Shown here in pieces: positions 53,012 to 62,095 of a stretch of DNA of 64,000 nucleotides; the first letter of the stretch is position 1, and the number at the start of each line of letters is the position of its first letter. The stretch comes from Thermoplasmatota archaeon (GTDB lineage Archaea > Thermoplasmatota > Penumbrarchaeia > Penumbrarchaeales > Penumbrarchaeaceae), in contig JBLIRH010000002.1 in the NCBI GenBank assembly GCA_049472215.1, positions 23,815 through 87,814 of the forward strand, in the 5' to 3' direction. A program made the translations under genes and the position numbers. The notes under the pieces were generated by a model, which saw only the letters and a list, made by a program, of their open reading frames with translations, was not told the origin of the DNA and did no database searches.

Positions 53012-55570
53012 TCATCTTCTGTCGACCGGCTGGAACCTGGGAGCGGACTGCGGCGGAGCGCCGCCGCCCCCGTAAGAGTACTGCACCGGATACTGTGTTT
53101 GTCTCGGAGGTTCCCTCTTCCTCCTGGACCTGGATATCATGAACCCGGACAGGGCCAGAAGAATGAATACCAGGAGAATTACCAGGAATATGATGGCTGT
53201 CGGACCTATGCCTGTCTGCCTTCCCTTGACATCCGTGGAGGAGGATGGTATGTCGATGATCAGCTGAACGGTGGCAGTATCGGTCCCGCCTCCGTAATCG
53301 TATACGGTCACCTGGATCTGGTAGGTGCCGTTCTCGAGATCGGTGACAGACGGAAGCTCAAGGGTGAACTCCAGATCGTCAGCGGCAACATCCGGGTCCA
53401 CGCCGTCGTTCAGCATCTCGATCCCCGAGCCGCCGCCGATGGACCTCAGATCGGCAATGACGATCTCGATGTCACCGAGGCCGTCGGGGTCCTCTATGAG
53501 CGCGTAGAGTATGATCCGCTCTCCGGAGGTGTTCGAATTGATAACCCCTGGCTCCACCGATACGAGGCTGATGACCGGCGGGGAGTTGATCGACTCCTCC
53601 CTCACATCGATCTCCAGCGACCTCGAATCGGTGCCCCCTTTGCCATCCAGGACGGTCACGGTAACCCTGTCCATCACGGGCTGGGAGGGGGCCTGGTAGA
53701 TCACCTCGTCCCCGGTTCCCTCGATCGTTCCCCTTTCGGCATCGTAATCGTACTCGAGTTCGTCCCCGTCCTGATCTATTGCGACGACCCGGAGGTTGGT
53801 GGTCCCATCGACCGTGAGCACGTTCTTGCCGGCCTTGAACGAGGTGATCACCGGGGGTCTGTTCGGGAGACCCTCCTGGACCATGACGAAGGTGGAGGCC
53901 GTATCCCTGCCTCCGGAAGGGTCCGAAACGGCCAGATTGAAGTAATATTTTCCGGGTTCGGAGGGTGCTTTCCAATCCCACAGGGGGCCTTCCCCTGTCA
54001 GTGTACCGTCGTCCACCGTCAAAGAATATGTAAGCGGCTCCTCGTCGATATCGGCTGCGACGGCCCTCACCCTGCAGGTGGATCCCGCAGTCGTAACATT
54101 GGGTTCGACGGCGAAATACGTTATCTCGGGCCTGTGATTGACGGGGACATAGGTCAATGACGTCTTCACCGCGTTGTAAGCGTCCAGCATTCCATAGCCA
54201 TACTGGGTATTATAAGTTGGAGAAAGGTCCCTGTCATAGGGCTCTCCCCTGGCCTCGGACGTCTGATGAAGTATCATCGAGATGTGGTTGGTCCTGTCCG
54301 TAGGTGCCAGAGAGGACTTTGCCTGAAGCATCAGTGCAACCGTTCCCGAAACATGTGGCGTCGCATAGGAGGTCCCGGACCCGGTCGACCATCCGCTGGC
54401 CCCCTGGAGCCGCGAAGTCCTGGAGGATGAAGCGAAGGATATTCCTACACCCGGGGCAACGACATCGGGCCTCATCTCGTCATAGGGATTGGTGTCTCCG
54501 TCATCGGTCCTCGGTCCGTAGGTTGAAGAGGCCCAGTACTCGTCATCGGACCTGTCGATCGTGTCCTGGTCGCTCACCGCCCCCACGACTATCGACCGGT
54601 CCGCCCAGGTCGTTCCCGCACCGGATGCGTACTGGGACCCTGAATTTCCCGCTCCCTGGACCACGACGATCCCCTGCACGGTAAGCTCGTCCATTGCCTG
54701 CACTACAGCACCATTATTGTTTCCCACACCGAGGCTCAATGATACTATGTCGACACCTGTGTAACCCGTGTCGCCCCAAACGGTCTCCCTGTTGTCCGAG
54801 CACCATTGGAAGGCATCCATGAGGCTGTTCTGGTTGAGGGTGATGCCGCTCTGGCCTATTATCTTGATATCGATAAGGCCCGCTGCGGGCGCCACCCCTT
54901 TATGGGACCCGTCCGCGTCACCCCTCCCAAGGGCGATCGAAGCGACCCCGGTCCCGTGCCCCGTCCTGTCGTCCGGATCGAAGCTTCCGTCGTCGGGATT
55001 GAGGGGGGTGTTAATCGGTGCTGTAAAATCGACCCCGGCCACGAAGGCGTCCTGGAATGTTGGATGCTCGTTATCGACACCAGTATCCAGGACCGCAATG
55101 GTGACTCCTCTTCCGGTCATCCCGAGTTCCCTGGCGGTCCTCGGGCTGTACTCGTCTGACGGATTCGCCTTTATCGCCGCTGTGGAAACGTCCATCAACG
55201 TTCTGACAGTATCCTGCTTCTCGATCCTGACGATACCTGGTATTGATAATGTCGATTCCAGTTCTTCGAATGAATCATATCTGACCGAGATCACCGGAAC
55301 GATGTCATAGGCGTTCCATACCTCGCCTCCCTTCAAGGTGATGGCTTCGGATGCTCCCTCGATATATGACCGGTCTCGAAAATGAACAAATGTCCAGGCC
55401 GGATAGGTTGCTATATATTGATTGCTGAGCTCCATGTCGATATCGATGATGCGAAGGCCGGGGAAGAGATTGGAACTTTCATCATTTCTACCCGATACGT
55501 GGAGAAGACCCGCCATGCTGAGCATCATCACGAAAAGGATCGGCATCACGAACTTCCTTGCACCGGACAT
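53012..55570 (-). CDS. Membrane-anchored subtilisin-like serine protease (peptidase S8) with Ig/PKD-like repeats
   Basis: The catalytic triad blocks are TIAVLDTGVDNEHP (Asp), GHGTGVASIA (His) and GSGTSYATPHVSGTVALM (Ser). Four Ig-like repeats follow (e.g. LTYSLTVDDGTLTGEG, LEYDYDAERGTIEGTG). The TM helix is AIIFLVILLVFILLALSGFMI, with a cytoplasmic tail. Confidence 0.85.
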   Translation of the reverse strand: MSGARKFVMPILFVMMLSMAGLLHVSGRNDESSNLFPGLRIIDIDMELSNQYIATYPAWTFVHFRDRSYIEGASEAITLKGGEVWNAYDIVPVISVRYDSFEELESTLSIPGIVRIEKQDTVRTLMDVSTAAIKANPSDEYSPRTARELGMTGRGVTIAVLDTGVDNEHPTFQDAFVAGVDFTAPINTPLNPDDGSFDPDDRTGHGTGVASIALGRGDADGSHKGVAPAAGLIDIKIIGQSGITLNQNSLMDAFQWCSDNRETVWGDTGYTGVDIVSLSLGVGNNNGAVVQAMDELTVQGIVVVQGAGNSGSQYASGAGTTWADRSIVVGAVSDQDTIDRSDDEYWASSTYGPRTDDGDTNPYDEMRPDVVAPGVGISFASSSRTSRLQGASGWSTGSGTSYATPHVSGTVALMLQAKSSLAPTDRTNHISMILHQTSEARGEPYDRDLSPTYNTQYGYGMLDAYNAVKTSLTYVPVNHRPEITYFAVEPNVTTAGSTCRVRAVAADIDEEPLTYSLTVDDGTLTGEGPLWDWKAPSEPGKYYFNLAVSDPSGGRDTASTFVMVQEGLPNRPPVITSFKAGKNVLTVDGTTNLRVVAIDQDGDELEYDYDAERGTIEGTGDEVIYQAPSQPVMDRVTVTVLDGKGGTDSRSLEIDVREESINSPPVISLVSVEPGVINSNTSGERIILYALIEDPDGLGDIEIVIADLRSIGGGSGIEMLNDGVDPDVAADDLEFTLELPSVTDLENGTYQIQVTVYDYGGGTDTATVQLIIDIPSSSTDVKGRQTGIGPTAIIFLVILLVFILLALSGFMISRSRRKREPPRQTQYPVQYSYGGGGAPPQSAPRFQPVDRR

Positions 55571-55617
55571 TATCTCACCTTGTCGAACGGGAGTGAAATT
55601 GATTTCACGGACTGTGA

Positions 55618-56160
55618 TCAGGAAAGATATTCCGGTTCCACCACCAGCGAACGCAGTTTCAGAACCTTGTTCGGGCTCAGCCCGATGTAAGTGTCCCCGA
55701 ATATCCCACCCTCAACCTCCAGCGGATAGGTTATCACCTGTGATCTCACAGGTTCGTCCTCCACCCTCTTCACAGGCTCCGCGGGTTTTGCAGGTTCCGG
55801 TACCTTGGCCACCGGTTTGAACTTGGCCTGGGAGACCGGAGCAGGTGGCACTGCCGGAGCCCTGGGACCCGGTGCCTTGGGCTGGACCGTTTCCAGGGGC
55901 TTTGGCTTCGATATTAGAGAGTAGGCTATGATGAGCGCGAGCGCCAGGAAAAGGACGACCGCCCCCACCAGCCTCCAGAGAGGTGGGAAGATCGGATCGA
56001 ACTCATCGGCCAGCAGGGACACGAACTTGGGCCCGATTATGAATATCCCCAGATACGCCACATAAAGCAGCAGGGCGAATATCGGGAACATCGGGAAACT
56101 GCCTTTGCCGGGGGGAGGCGGGCTCCCCTGGACCGGAGTGAACTTCGCGGGCACAGCCAT
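55618..56160 (-). CDS. Membrane protein with a Pro-rich linker, function unknown
   Basis: 180 aa with two TM helices (FPIFALLLYVAYLGIFIIG, LVGAVVLFLALALIIAYSLI), a PAPV/PEPAKP-rich linker and a small C-terminal domain. It lies immediately upstream of and co-directional with the S8 protease. Confidence 0.4.
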   Translation of the reverse strand: MAVPAKFTPVQGSPPPPGKGSFPMFPIFALLLYVAYLGIFIIGPKFVSLLADEFDPIFPPLWRLVGAVVLFLALALIIAYSLISKPKPLETVQPKAPGPRAPAVPPAPVSQAKFKPVAKVPEPAKPAEPVKRVEDEPVRSQVITYPLEVEGGIFGDTYIGLSPNKVLKLRSLVVEPEYLS

Positions 56161-56274
56161 GTCAAACGAGGTTAATGGAGCCTGTCTTTAAAATGTTTGC
56201 CTTTTAACTGGATAGCTAGGCCTCTCCCCTGCCCATCGAGAAAGATTATATGCACCGGGCTGTTTCGTGGAACG

Positions 56275-56865
56275 ATGTCCGACGCCATCACCGCGGGTTC
56301 GGTCTTCATGGACCTAGTTCGGATCGTTGTCACGCTGCTTCCGGCCATGACGGCAAACACCTTCGCTCCTTTTCTCGGAGGCGGGAAACCGGTGGACTTC
56401 GGACGGACCAGAAAGGACGGGAGGAGGTATCTCGGAGACGGGAAGACCTGGAGGGGGACGATCGGGGGCATCAGCTGCGCGGCCCTTTTGGGACTTGTCC
56501 TGCTCCTGCTCCTGCATTTTACAGGATTGTCCGATATGGATGATTCGTTGTGGGGCCCTTTTCCTGTGAATCTGGTGTTGATCATCGTTCTCCCCATGGG
56601 ATCACTTTTCGGTGACATGCTCGGGAGCTTCATCAAAAGGGCCCTGAACAGACCCAGGGGAAAGAAGACCCCTCTTCTGGACCAGTGGGACTACGTCATC
56701 GGGACGATCATCTTCATCCTGCCGTTTTACCCCTGGTGGTTCGATACCTTCATCGCCGGCGGGGCATGGATCGCTTCCATCCTTTTCCTGGTCGTGGCTT
56801 TCCTTGCCCACACGGTCGCGAACTGGATCGGCTACTGGATCGGTGTCAAGAAAGAGCCCTGGTAG
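56275..56865 (+). CDS. carS: CDP-archaeol synthase (CDP-2,3-bis-O-geranylgeranyl-sn-glycerol synthase)
   Basis: LLPAMTANTFAPFLGGGKPVDFG, LGDGKTWRGTIGG and FGDMLGSFIKRALNRPRGKKTPLLDQWDY are the CarS (DUF46) blocks. The in-frame ATG at 56275 is preferred to 56197. Confidence 0.8.
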   Translation: MSDAITAGSVFMDLVRIVVTLLPAMTANTFAPFLGGGKPVDFGRTRKDGRRYLGDGKTWRGTIGGISCAALLGLVLLLLLHFTGLSDMDDSLWGPFPVNLVLIIVLPMGSLFGDMLGSFIKRALNRPRGKKTPLLDQWDYVIGTIIFILPFYPWWFDTFIAGGAWIASILFLVVAFLAHTVANWIGYWIGVKKEPW

Positions 56866-56936
56866 CCTGATATTTCGAATAATACCCATAAGGATATTAA
56901 TAAATACCATAAAATTCATGATAAAAACGGGATGGT

Positions 56937-57479
56937 ATGCCGCGCTGGGATGTCCACCTTAGCTTCGGTTTAATGGCGTTCATAGTCATATTCTCAGCTC
57001 TGCTCATGGGTTCCAGCGACGGGCGCTCCCTTGAAGGATATGCTCGCGCAGCTGTATTGTTCGGCATCGTAGGGCTGCTTGGAGGAGGCGCCCTGGTCTT
57101 CGGGTCGGTCCTTCCGGACATCGACGGGAAGGGGAAGGTCCGGTGGATGGTGGGTCCTGCCGTCGGCGCTCTGCTTTTCGTACCACCCCTTATCGGAACC
57201 TTCAGGAGCGGGGGGCCGAGCGGAGCAATGGAGTTTATCGAGGGAACAGGATCGCTTCTCTTCCTTCTGGGAACTGTTGTCGGTTATCTGCTTCTGCTCG
57301 TTCCCACGAGGCACAGGGGAATACTGCATAGCAAATGGACCTGCGCAGCATACGGAAGCGTCTGGGGAGTATACGTCTTCTACACCGCATCCATGGCGTT
57401 CGATCAGTCCATGATGATAGGCTCGATGGGAGCTCTGGGGTATGGATGGCACCTGGCCCTTGACGGCAGGTTACTCTAG
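56937..57479 (+). CDS. Polytopic membrane protein (possibly a DUF457-type membrane-bound hydrolase)
   Basis: 180 aa with five or six hydrophobic helices. His residues lie near the N-terminus (WDVHLSFG) and the C-terminus (GWHLALDG). Confidence 0.4.
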   Translation: MPRWDVHLSFGLMAFIVIFSALLMGSSDGRSLEGYARAAVLFGIVGLLGGGALVFGSVLPDIDGKGKVRWMVGPAVGALLFVPPLIGTFRSGGPSGAMEFIEGTGSLLFLLGTVVGYLLLLVPTRHRGILHSKWTCAAYGSVWGVYVFYTASMAFDQSMMIGSMGALGYGWHLALDGRLL

Positions 57480-60400
57480 GACCTCGGCTACCAGTACCTC
57501 CTCGGTCTCGGGCGGCTCAACGGGGTAAGAAGCCTGGACCACAACGGCCTCCTCGACCGGGACAGGTCTGCTTCTCGATCCCGGGAGAATGACCAGGAGG
57601 AACAAGATCACCAGAACGGATAATATGACGAACGCTACAATGACAACTGCTATAATTGCGCTGAAACCTTCATTCGTGGCGGTGGAAAGGGAGTATACCT
57701 CTATCTCTCCGCTGGTCCTCATAAGCTCGCTCCCGGATTCGCAGACCACCTCGACGCTGTAATTGTAGGTCCCGGGGGATGCCAGGACCTGCAGGTCCGC
57801 TCCGTAGATGGAGTCGCCCGCAACCCTGTCCCCATCCCTGCCGTCATCCTTCAGCTCGATCCTGCCACCGTCGAGTATGATCTCCGAAACAAAGAACACC
57901 GACCGGATGGGGATCACTGAATCGACCCTCAGCTCCATATGGATGATCTGTCCCTCGAAGACCCTGTCGTCGCTAACGGTGAAGGTGCAATCCGCTTCCG
58001 CCACTATCTCGACCTCCACCTCTTCCCCGTCCGAGGCCCCTTCGCTGTCGATGACCGTGACCGTGACCATGTGAATGCCGGGGGTCGCTGAAAGAGAGGG
58101 GAGGAATTCAAGAGAGAAGACACCGTCGCCCTCTACCGGGTCCGGATGCGTCCCGTCATCTCTCATCACGACACGGGCGGGACCATCCATGGATGACAGG
58201 TCTGCAACGACCGTTAGCAGATCACCCGGGAGGTCGGGATCTTCCACTTCTGCGGTCAACAGCAAAGGAGTATTGCCGTCAAGGGGCAACGGCTGGGGTG
58301 CCGTTATGACCCTAATAATCTCGGGGGGTGAGTTAGGGTTCTGGACCCGGACCTCGCAGTTTGCAACTGCCGAGTAACGATCACCATCGTATGCCCTGGC
58401 ATAGATCGTGTAATCTCCGTTCTCGAGGGTCTTGGTGTCCAGCTGGAAATCCCAATCCTCCTTCCCGTCCGCCGGAGCCCAGTTCATCGAATACCCATCT
58501 CCCTCGATGCGCACATCGACGCGGTCGATATTCCCATCGTCGCTGGCCGTCCCCCTTATGGTCACCTTCCCCGAAAGCGGCCCTTCGGGGCATTCCAGAG
58601 TTACCTCTGGGGGATAGTTGTAATCGGCCGACCTCACAAGGACCTTGACCGTGTCGGAAGACCAGTAGCCATCATCGTCCATCACCTCGAATCGGGCAGT
58701 GTACTGTCCTTCCTCCTCATACCCGGAGTAATAAAAAGTGAGGCTGGTCTCGGAATCGAACTCCCAATCCCCGTCGGATTCCACATCCCATCGGGAGCGG
58801 ACGATCTCTCCGTCGGGATCCTCGGCCGATCCCGAGAACTCGACCTCGCTCAGGGCCTTCACATCCAGATCTGCCCCCGCATCCGCGGTCGGAACCTGAT
58901 TGAGCTTGAAATAATAGAGGAAGGTGGTCGTCGAGCCCCTTTCCCCGGCCCACAAGCGTACTCCGGATCTATTCGAGCCGACGGAAACCGATAGTTCCAC
59001 GATCTCACCGCTTTTTACCTCGAGCTCCTCTATATCCAGGATCACCTCGAAGGTCATGTTCGAACCGGAACCTGGATGTTCGAAAAGGGAGGTTTCCATG
59101 GCCTCGCCGGTCTCGGTAAGGATCTCGATCCTTACCTCAAGAAGACTGGGGGCGGCGGCTTCGAACACCAGAGCGGGCCTGACCGCGGTGTGGAGGATTA
59201 TGGTCCGCTCAACGGGCTCCATCCTCCATTTCCCTATTTCCAGGGGAGAGAGCGAGGTAGGTACTGCAAAATAGGCCGACCTGCCGGGCTCAGCGGAAAG
59301 TCCAAGACTTCCGTTGAGGTATAGGTCCATCTCCAGGGAGCTAACGCCCGTCACGTTGACCTGGACCTCATCCTCGTTCGTGCTCTCCTCGCCTCCGTTG
59401 TCCTTCACCCTCAATTTCGCATTGAAGGTCCCGCCCATTTTGTAGAAGTGGGTAATGGTGGGCTGGTCGATCCATCCCGTTGAAGTGCCGTCCCCGAAAT
59501 CGAAGTTGTAGGAGACGACCGCTCCCCCCCTTATGTTCGTGTCAGTGGACCCCGAACCGTCGAATGTGAACTCGGTTATCGTCGTGCCTGTCTGGGGGGT
59601 AACCTCAAGCTGGGCGATCGGCGGTGAATTGAATCCCAGAACGGAAACGGGTCTCTCGGCGGAGTTGTTGTCCTCGTTCGATTCATCTATCTCATCCTCG
59701 GGGTCGGCGATAACTGTGATCGCATGGATCCCGGCGTTCGCCTCCCAGGTCACTTCAGCGATACCGAAGCTGCCGCTTTCGATATCCATAGTGTCCTCTC
59801 CGATGACGGTTCCGGTCCTTTCCGGTCCGTCAATGAACCGGACCAAAGCATCCTCGACATACGTCGATCCCGTGTTGTTGACCCGGGCTGTGATCGTTAT
59901 CCTGTCCCCGGTCTCCGGGCGGGTCTCGGAGATCCAAACTGCCAGAGGGGTGATCGAGAGGTCAGGGGGAAGGGAATCGTAGATGATCGTGGAGTTCATT
60001 TCCTCCATCCGGCCGTCTATGCCGTTGATGGAGACAGACCCACGGAAAGTTCGGGTTTCCCCGATCCTTCCAAAGGGACGTACCTTCATACCAAGACCGG
60101 GGGTGGCCTGCTCGGTGGTGTCATTGTAATCTATCAATATCCGGACCACCCAGTCGGACCCGAGAAGAACAGGCCCCTGAACCGTATGCTGCGCCGAGGT
60201 CGAATCAGGATCGACCCAAATATCCGTGGGAACCCCCCAATCACCAGGGGTCCTCACCTCCATAAGTACCTGGTCTCCCTGGGTGTCATAATCCGTCTTG
60301 GTGAAATGCCCGGCGTAGCTGACATCGGTAGGATCGTTGAGACGCACCTCGTCCGGGACGAAGAGGCCGAAATCGCGCAGGTCCTGGGACCGCTTGACAG

Positions 60401-61832
60401 CACCGTATGCATCTATCGCGCCCCATCCGGACCTGTAATTGTATTTTTCATCCAGATCGGGCCTGGATGCGGAGAACCTCTGTTGAGCAGTATCCCGGAG
60501 GATCTGCTTTATATCACGGGGTGTAAGTGAAGGATCAGCTTCCAGCATGAGAGCGACTATTCCGGACACGTGGGGAGTTGCCATGGATGTCCCGGACATG
60601 TCGACGTAGTCCGCGATGGAATTGTGCTTTGGCGCCCTGATCTGCCTGCCGGGTGCAACGACGTCCGGCTTCAATTCGTCGATCCTGTCGTTGTCACCGT
60701 CCGATGACCTCGGCCCGTAGTTCGAATAGTACTCGACGTCGTCGTCGTCCCTTTCGATGGTAGAATGGTCATTCACCGCTCCCACAGTGATGGCGCCATC
60801 AGCAGATGCAGGACTGGGCATGCCCTGCTCTCCGTCGTTGCCTGCTGCAACGACCACCGCGACCCCTTCGTCCACTAACTGGTTCACAAGCCTCGACGTC
60901 GTGTCCCTTCCCGTGGTGAAGACAGTGGAGCCCCATGAACAGGACACGACCCTTATATCGAACTCCAGGTGATTCTCGATCACCCATTCGAGGGCTCTAT
61001 CCGCCGCTCCGGTGAAGTCCCCCTGGACCCTTGCATATCTGAGGTCTACCAGTTGTGCCGCCGGGGCGGTTCCCTGGTACGTACCGGAATTCCCTCCGGT
61101 TCCCATGACGGTCCCTGCGACATGGGTCCCATGACCGTCGATATCGTCTGGATCGAGACCCGGTATGGTCGTGGTCCCCGTGAAATCAACTCCGTAGACA
61201 TATTTCCCCCGTAGTGATTCGTGAACGTTGTTGTCCACACCGGAATCTATCACGGCGACCACCAACCCTTCACCCGTGTATCCGAGATCAGTGGCCGTCA
61301 TAGGCGAATATGTTGTGGAATCCCTTGCCCTTGTCGCCGGAGACGAGACGTCCAGGTAGTTGACGAAGACCGGCCTGTACTCTATCATCGTGATATCCGG
61401 GGCGAATATCCCCTGCAAACCTGGGATGAGGGGCCTCGGAACAGTCAGGTATAGGGCGGTCGAATATTTTCCGGCGTGGAGGAAGGTCGATCCTGGGCCC
61501 AATTCCAAGAGCGAACCCATGATCCGAAGGGCATCATTATAGGTCGGGTAGTGATCGAAATGGACGTTTATCCCGACCAGGGACCCATCACCGTCCAGGG
61601 TCGATGGATCTTCTTCAAGGAGGTCGTCGATCCTGTTCCCGTTGACGTCCCGGTCCCAACCGCTCCAATCGAAGGGGATCACCTCCCGCGTTTCCCAGGG
61701 ATCGATCCCGTTGGGGACTCCGGATGTCTCACTTCCCCCAATTACCGGCAGGACCGGGATCGCTAGAAGAAGGGCAAATGCAAGTACCTTGAGGACTCTG
61801 GACATCCCTGTTATTCTCCTGTGATCAACCAT
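57471..61832 (-). CDS. Giant membrane-anchored subtilisin-like serine protease (peptidase S8) with CARDB/PKD/Ig-like modules
   Basis: 1453 aa. The triad blocks are VVAVIDSGVDNNVH (Asp), GHGTHVAGTVMG (His), AAGNDGEQG (Asn) and MSGTSMATPHVSGIVALM (Ser). It has a PKD-like FDGSGSTD...YNFDFGDGTS...FNAKLRVKDNGG and many Ig-like repeats. The TM helix is AIIAVVIVAFVILSVLVILFLLVIL. Confidence 0.85.
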   Translation of the reverse strand: MVDHRRITGMSRVLKVLAFALLLAIPVLPVIGGSETSGVPNGIDPWETREVIPFDWSGWDRDVNGNRIDDLLEEDPSTLDGDGSLVGINVHFDHYPTYNDALRIMGSLLELGPGSTFLHAGKYSTALYLTVPRPLIPGLQGIFAPDITMIEYRPVFVNYLDVSSPATRARDSTTYSPMTATDLGYTGEGLVVAVIDSGVDNNVHESLRGKYVYGVDFTGTTTIPGLDPDDIDGHGTHVAGTVMGTGGNSGTYQGTAPAAQLVDLRYARVQGDFTGAADRALEWVIENHLEFDIRVVSCSWGSTVFTTGRDTTSRLVNQLVDEGVAVVVAAGNDGEQGMPSPASADGAITVGAVNDHSTIERDDDDVEYYSNYGPRSSDGDNDRIDELKPDVVAPGRQIRAPKHNSIADYVDMSGTSMATPHVSGIVALMLEADPSLTPRDIKQILRDTAQQRFSASRPDLDEKYNYRSGWGAIDAYGAVKRSQDLRDFGLFVPDEVRLNDPTDVSYAGHFTKTDYDTQGDQVLMEVRTPGDWGVPTDIWVDPDSTSAQHTVQGPVLLGSDWVVRILIDYNDTTEQATPGLGMKVRPFGRIGETRTFRGSVSINGIDGRMEEMNSTIIYDSLPPDLSITPLAVWISETRPETGDRITITARVNNTGSTYVEDALVRFIDGPERTGTVIGEDTMDIESGSFGIAEVTWEANAGIHAITVIADPEDEIDESNEDNNSAERPVSVLGFNSPPIAQLEVTPQTGTTITEFTFDGSGSTDTNIRGGAVVSYNFDFGDGTSTGWIDQPTITHFYKMGGTFNAKLRVKDNGGEESTNEDEVQVNVTGVSSLEMDLYLNGSLGLSAEPGRSAYFAVPTSLSPLEIGKWRMEPVERTIILHTAVRPALVFEAAAPSLLEVRIEILTETGEAMETSLFEHPGSGSNMTFEVILDIEELEVKSGEIVELSVSVGSNRSGVRLWAGERGSTTTFLYYFKLNQVPTADAGADLDVKALSEVEFSGSAEDPDGEIVRSRWDVESDGDWEFDSETSLTFYYSGYEEEGQYTARFEVMDDDGYWSSDTVKVLVRSADYNYPPEVTLECPEGPLSGKVTIRGTASDDGNIDRVDVRIEGDGYSMNWAPADGKEDWDFQLDTKTLENGDYTIYARAYDGDRYSAVANCEVRVQNPNSPPEIIRVITAPQPLPLDGNTPLLLTAEVEDPDLPGDLLTVVADLSSMDGPARVVMRDDGTHPDPVEGDGVFSLEFLPSLSATPGIHMVTVTVIDSEGASDGEEVEVEIVAEADCTFTVSDDRVFEGQIIHMELRVDSVIPIRSVFFVSEIILDGGRIELKDDGRDGDRVAGDSIYGADLQVLASPGTYNYSVEVVCESGSELMRTSGEIEVYSLSTATNEGFSAIIAVVIVAFVILSVLVILFLLVILPGSRSRPVPVEEAVVVQASYPVEPPETEEVLVAEVLE

Positions 61833-61861
61833 TGGATGACTGTGATGGAACTAACGTCTGG

Positions 61862-61880
61862 ACTTATTTATAGATTTATA
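61862..61880 (-). promoter_or_regulatory. Tandem TATA-like boxes upstream of the giant S8 protease gene
   Basis: The minus strand reads TATAAATCTATAAATAAG, 30-48 nt upstream of the start at 61832. Confidence 0.3.
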
Positions 61881-62057
61881 CTAGTTTTCCGGCCATGCCA
61901 TGATGACCTTCCTCTGAAAGGTCTCGACCCGATGTTATCTTAATTAAGTTTAATTAGAAGAATTTATGGGAATCCATTTGAAATACCGTATCCGAACCGT
62001 GTTTCATCCTAATTGTCCAATCATTATTACAAGGAATGTCCAACCACTATTGCTATC

Positions 62058-62070
62058 TTTGATATATATG
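62058..62070 (+). promoter_or_regulatory. TATA-like box for the ABC transporter operon
   Basis: TTTGATATATATG is centred about 31 nt upstream of the ATG at 62096. It is too close (about 10 nt) to the ORF-track TTG at 62075. Confidence 0.3.
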
Positions 62071-62095
62071 AGGCTTGAATGGTCATGCGGTCTCC

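Noticed and set aside
53099-54160. 353-aa ORF on the + strand
   Set aside because: It is antisense to the S8 protease, which has a complete catalytic triad.
59724-60530. 268-aa ORF on the + strand
   Set aside because: It is antisense to the giant S8 protease.
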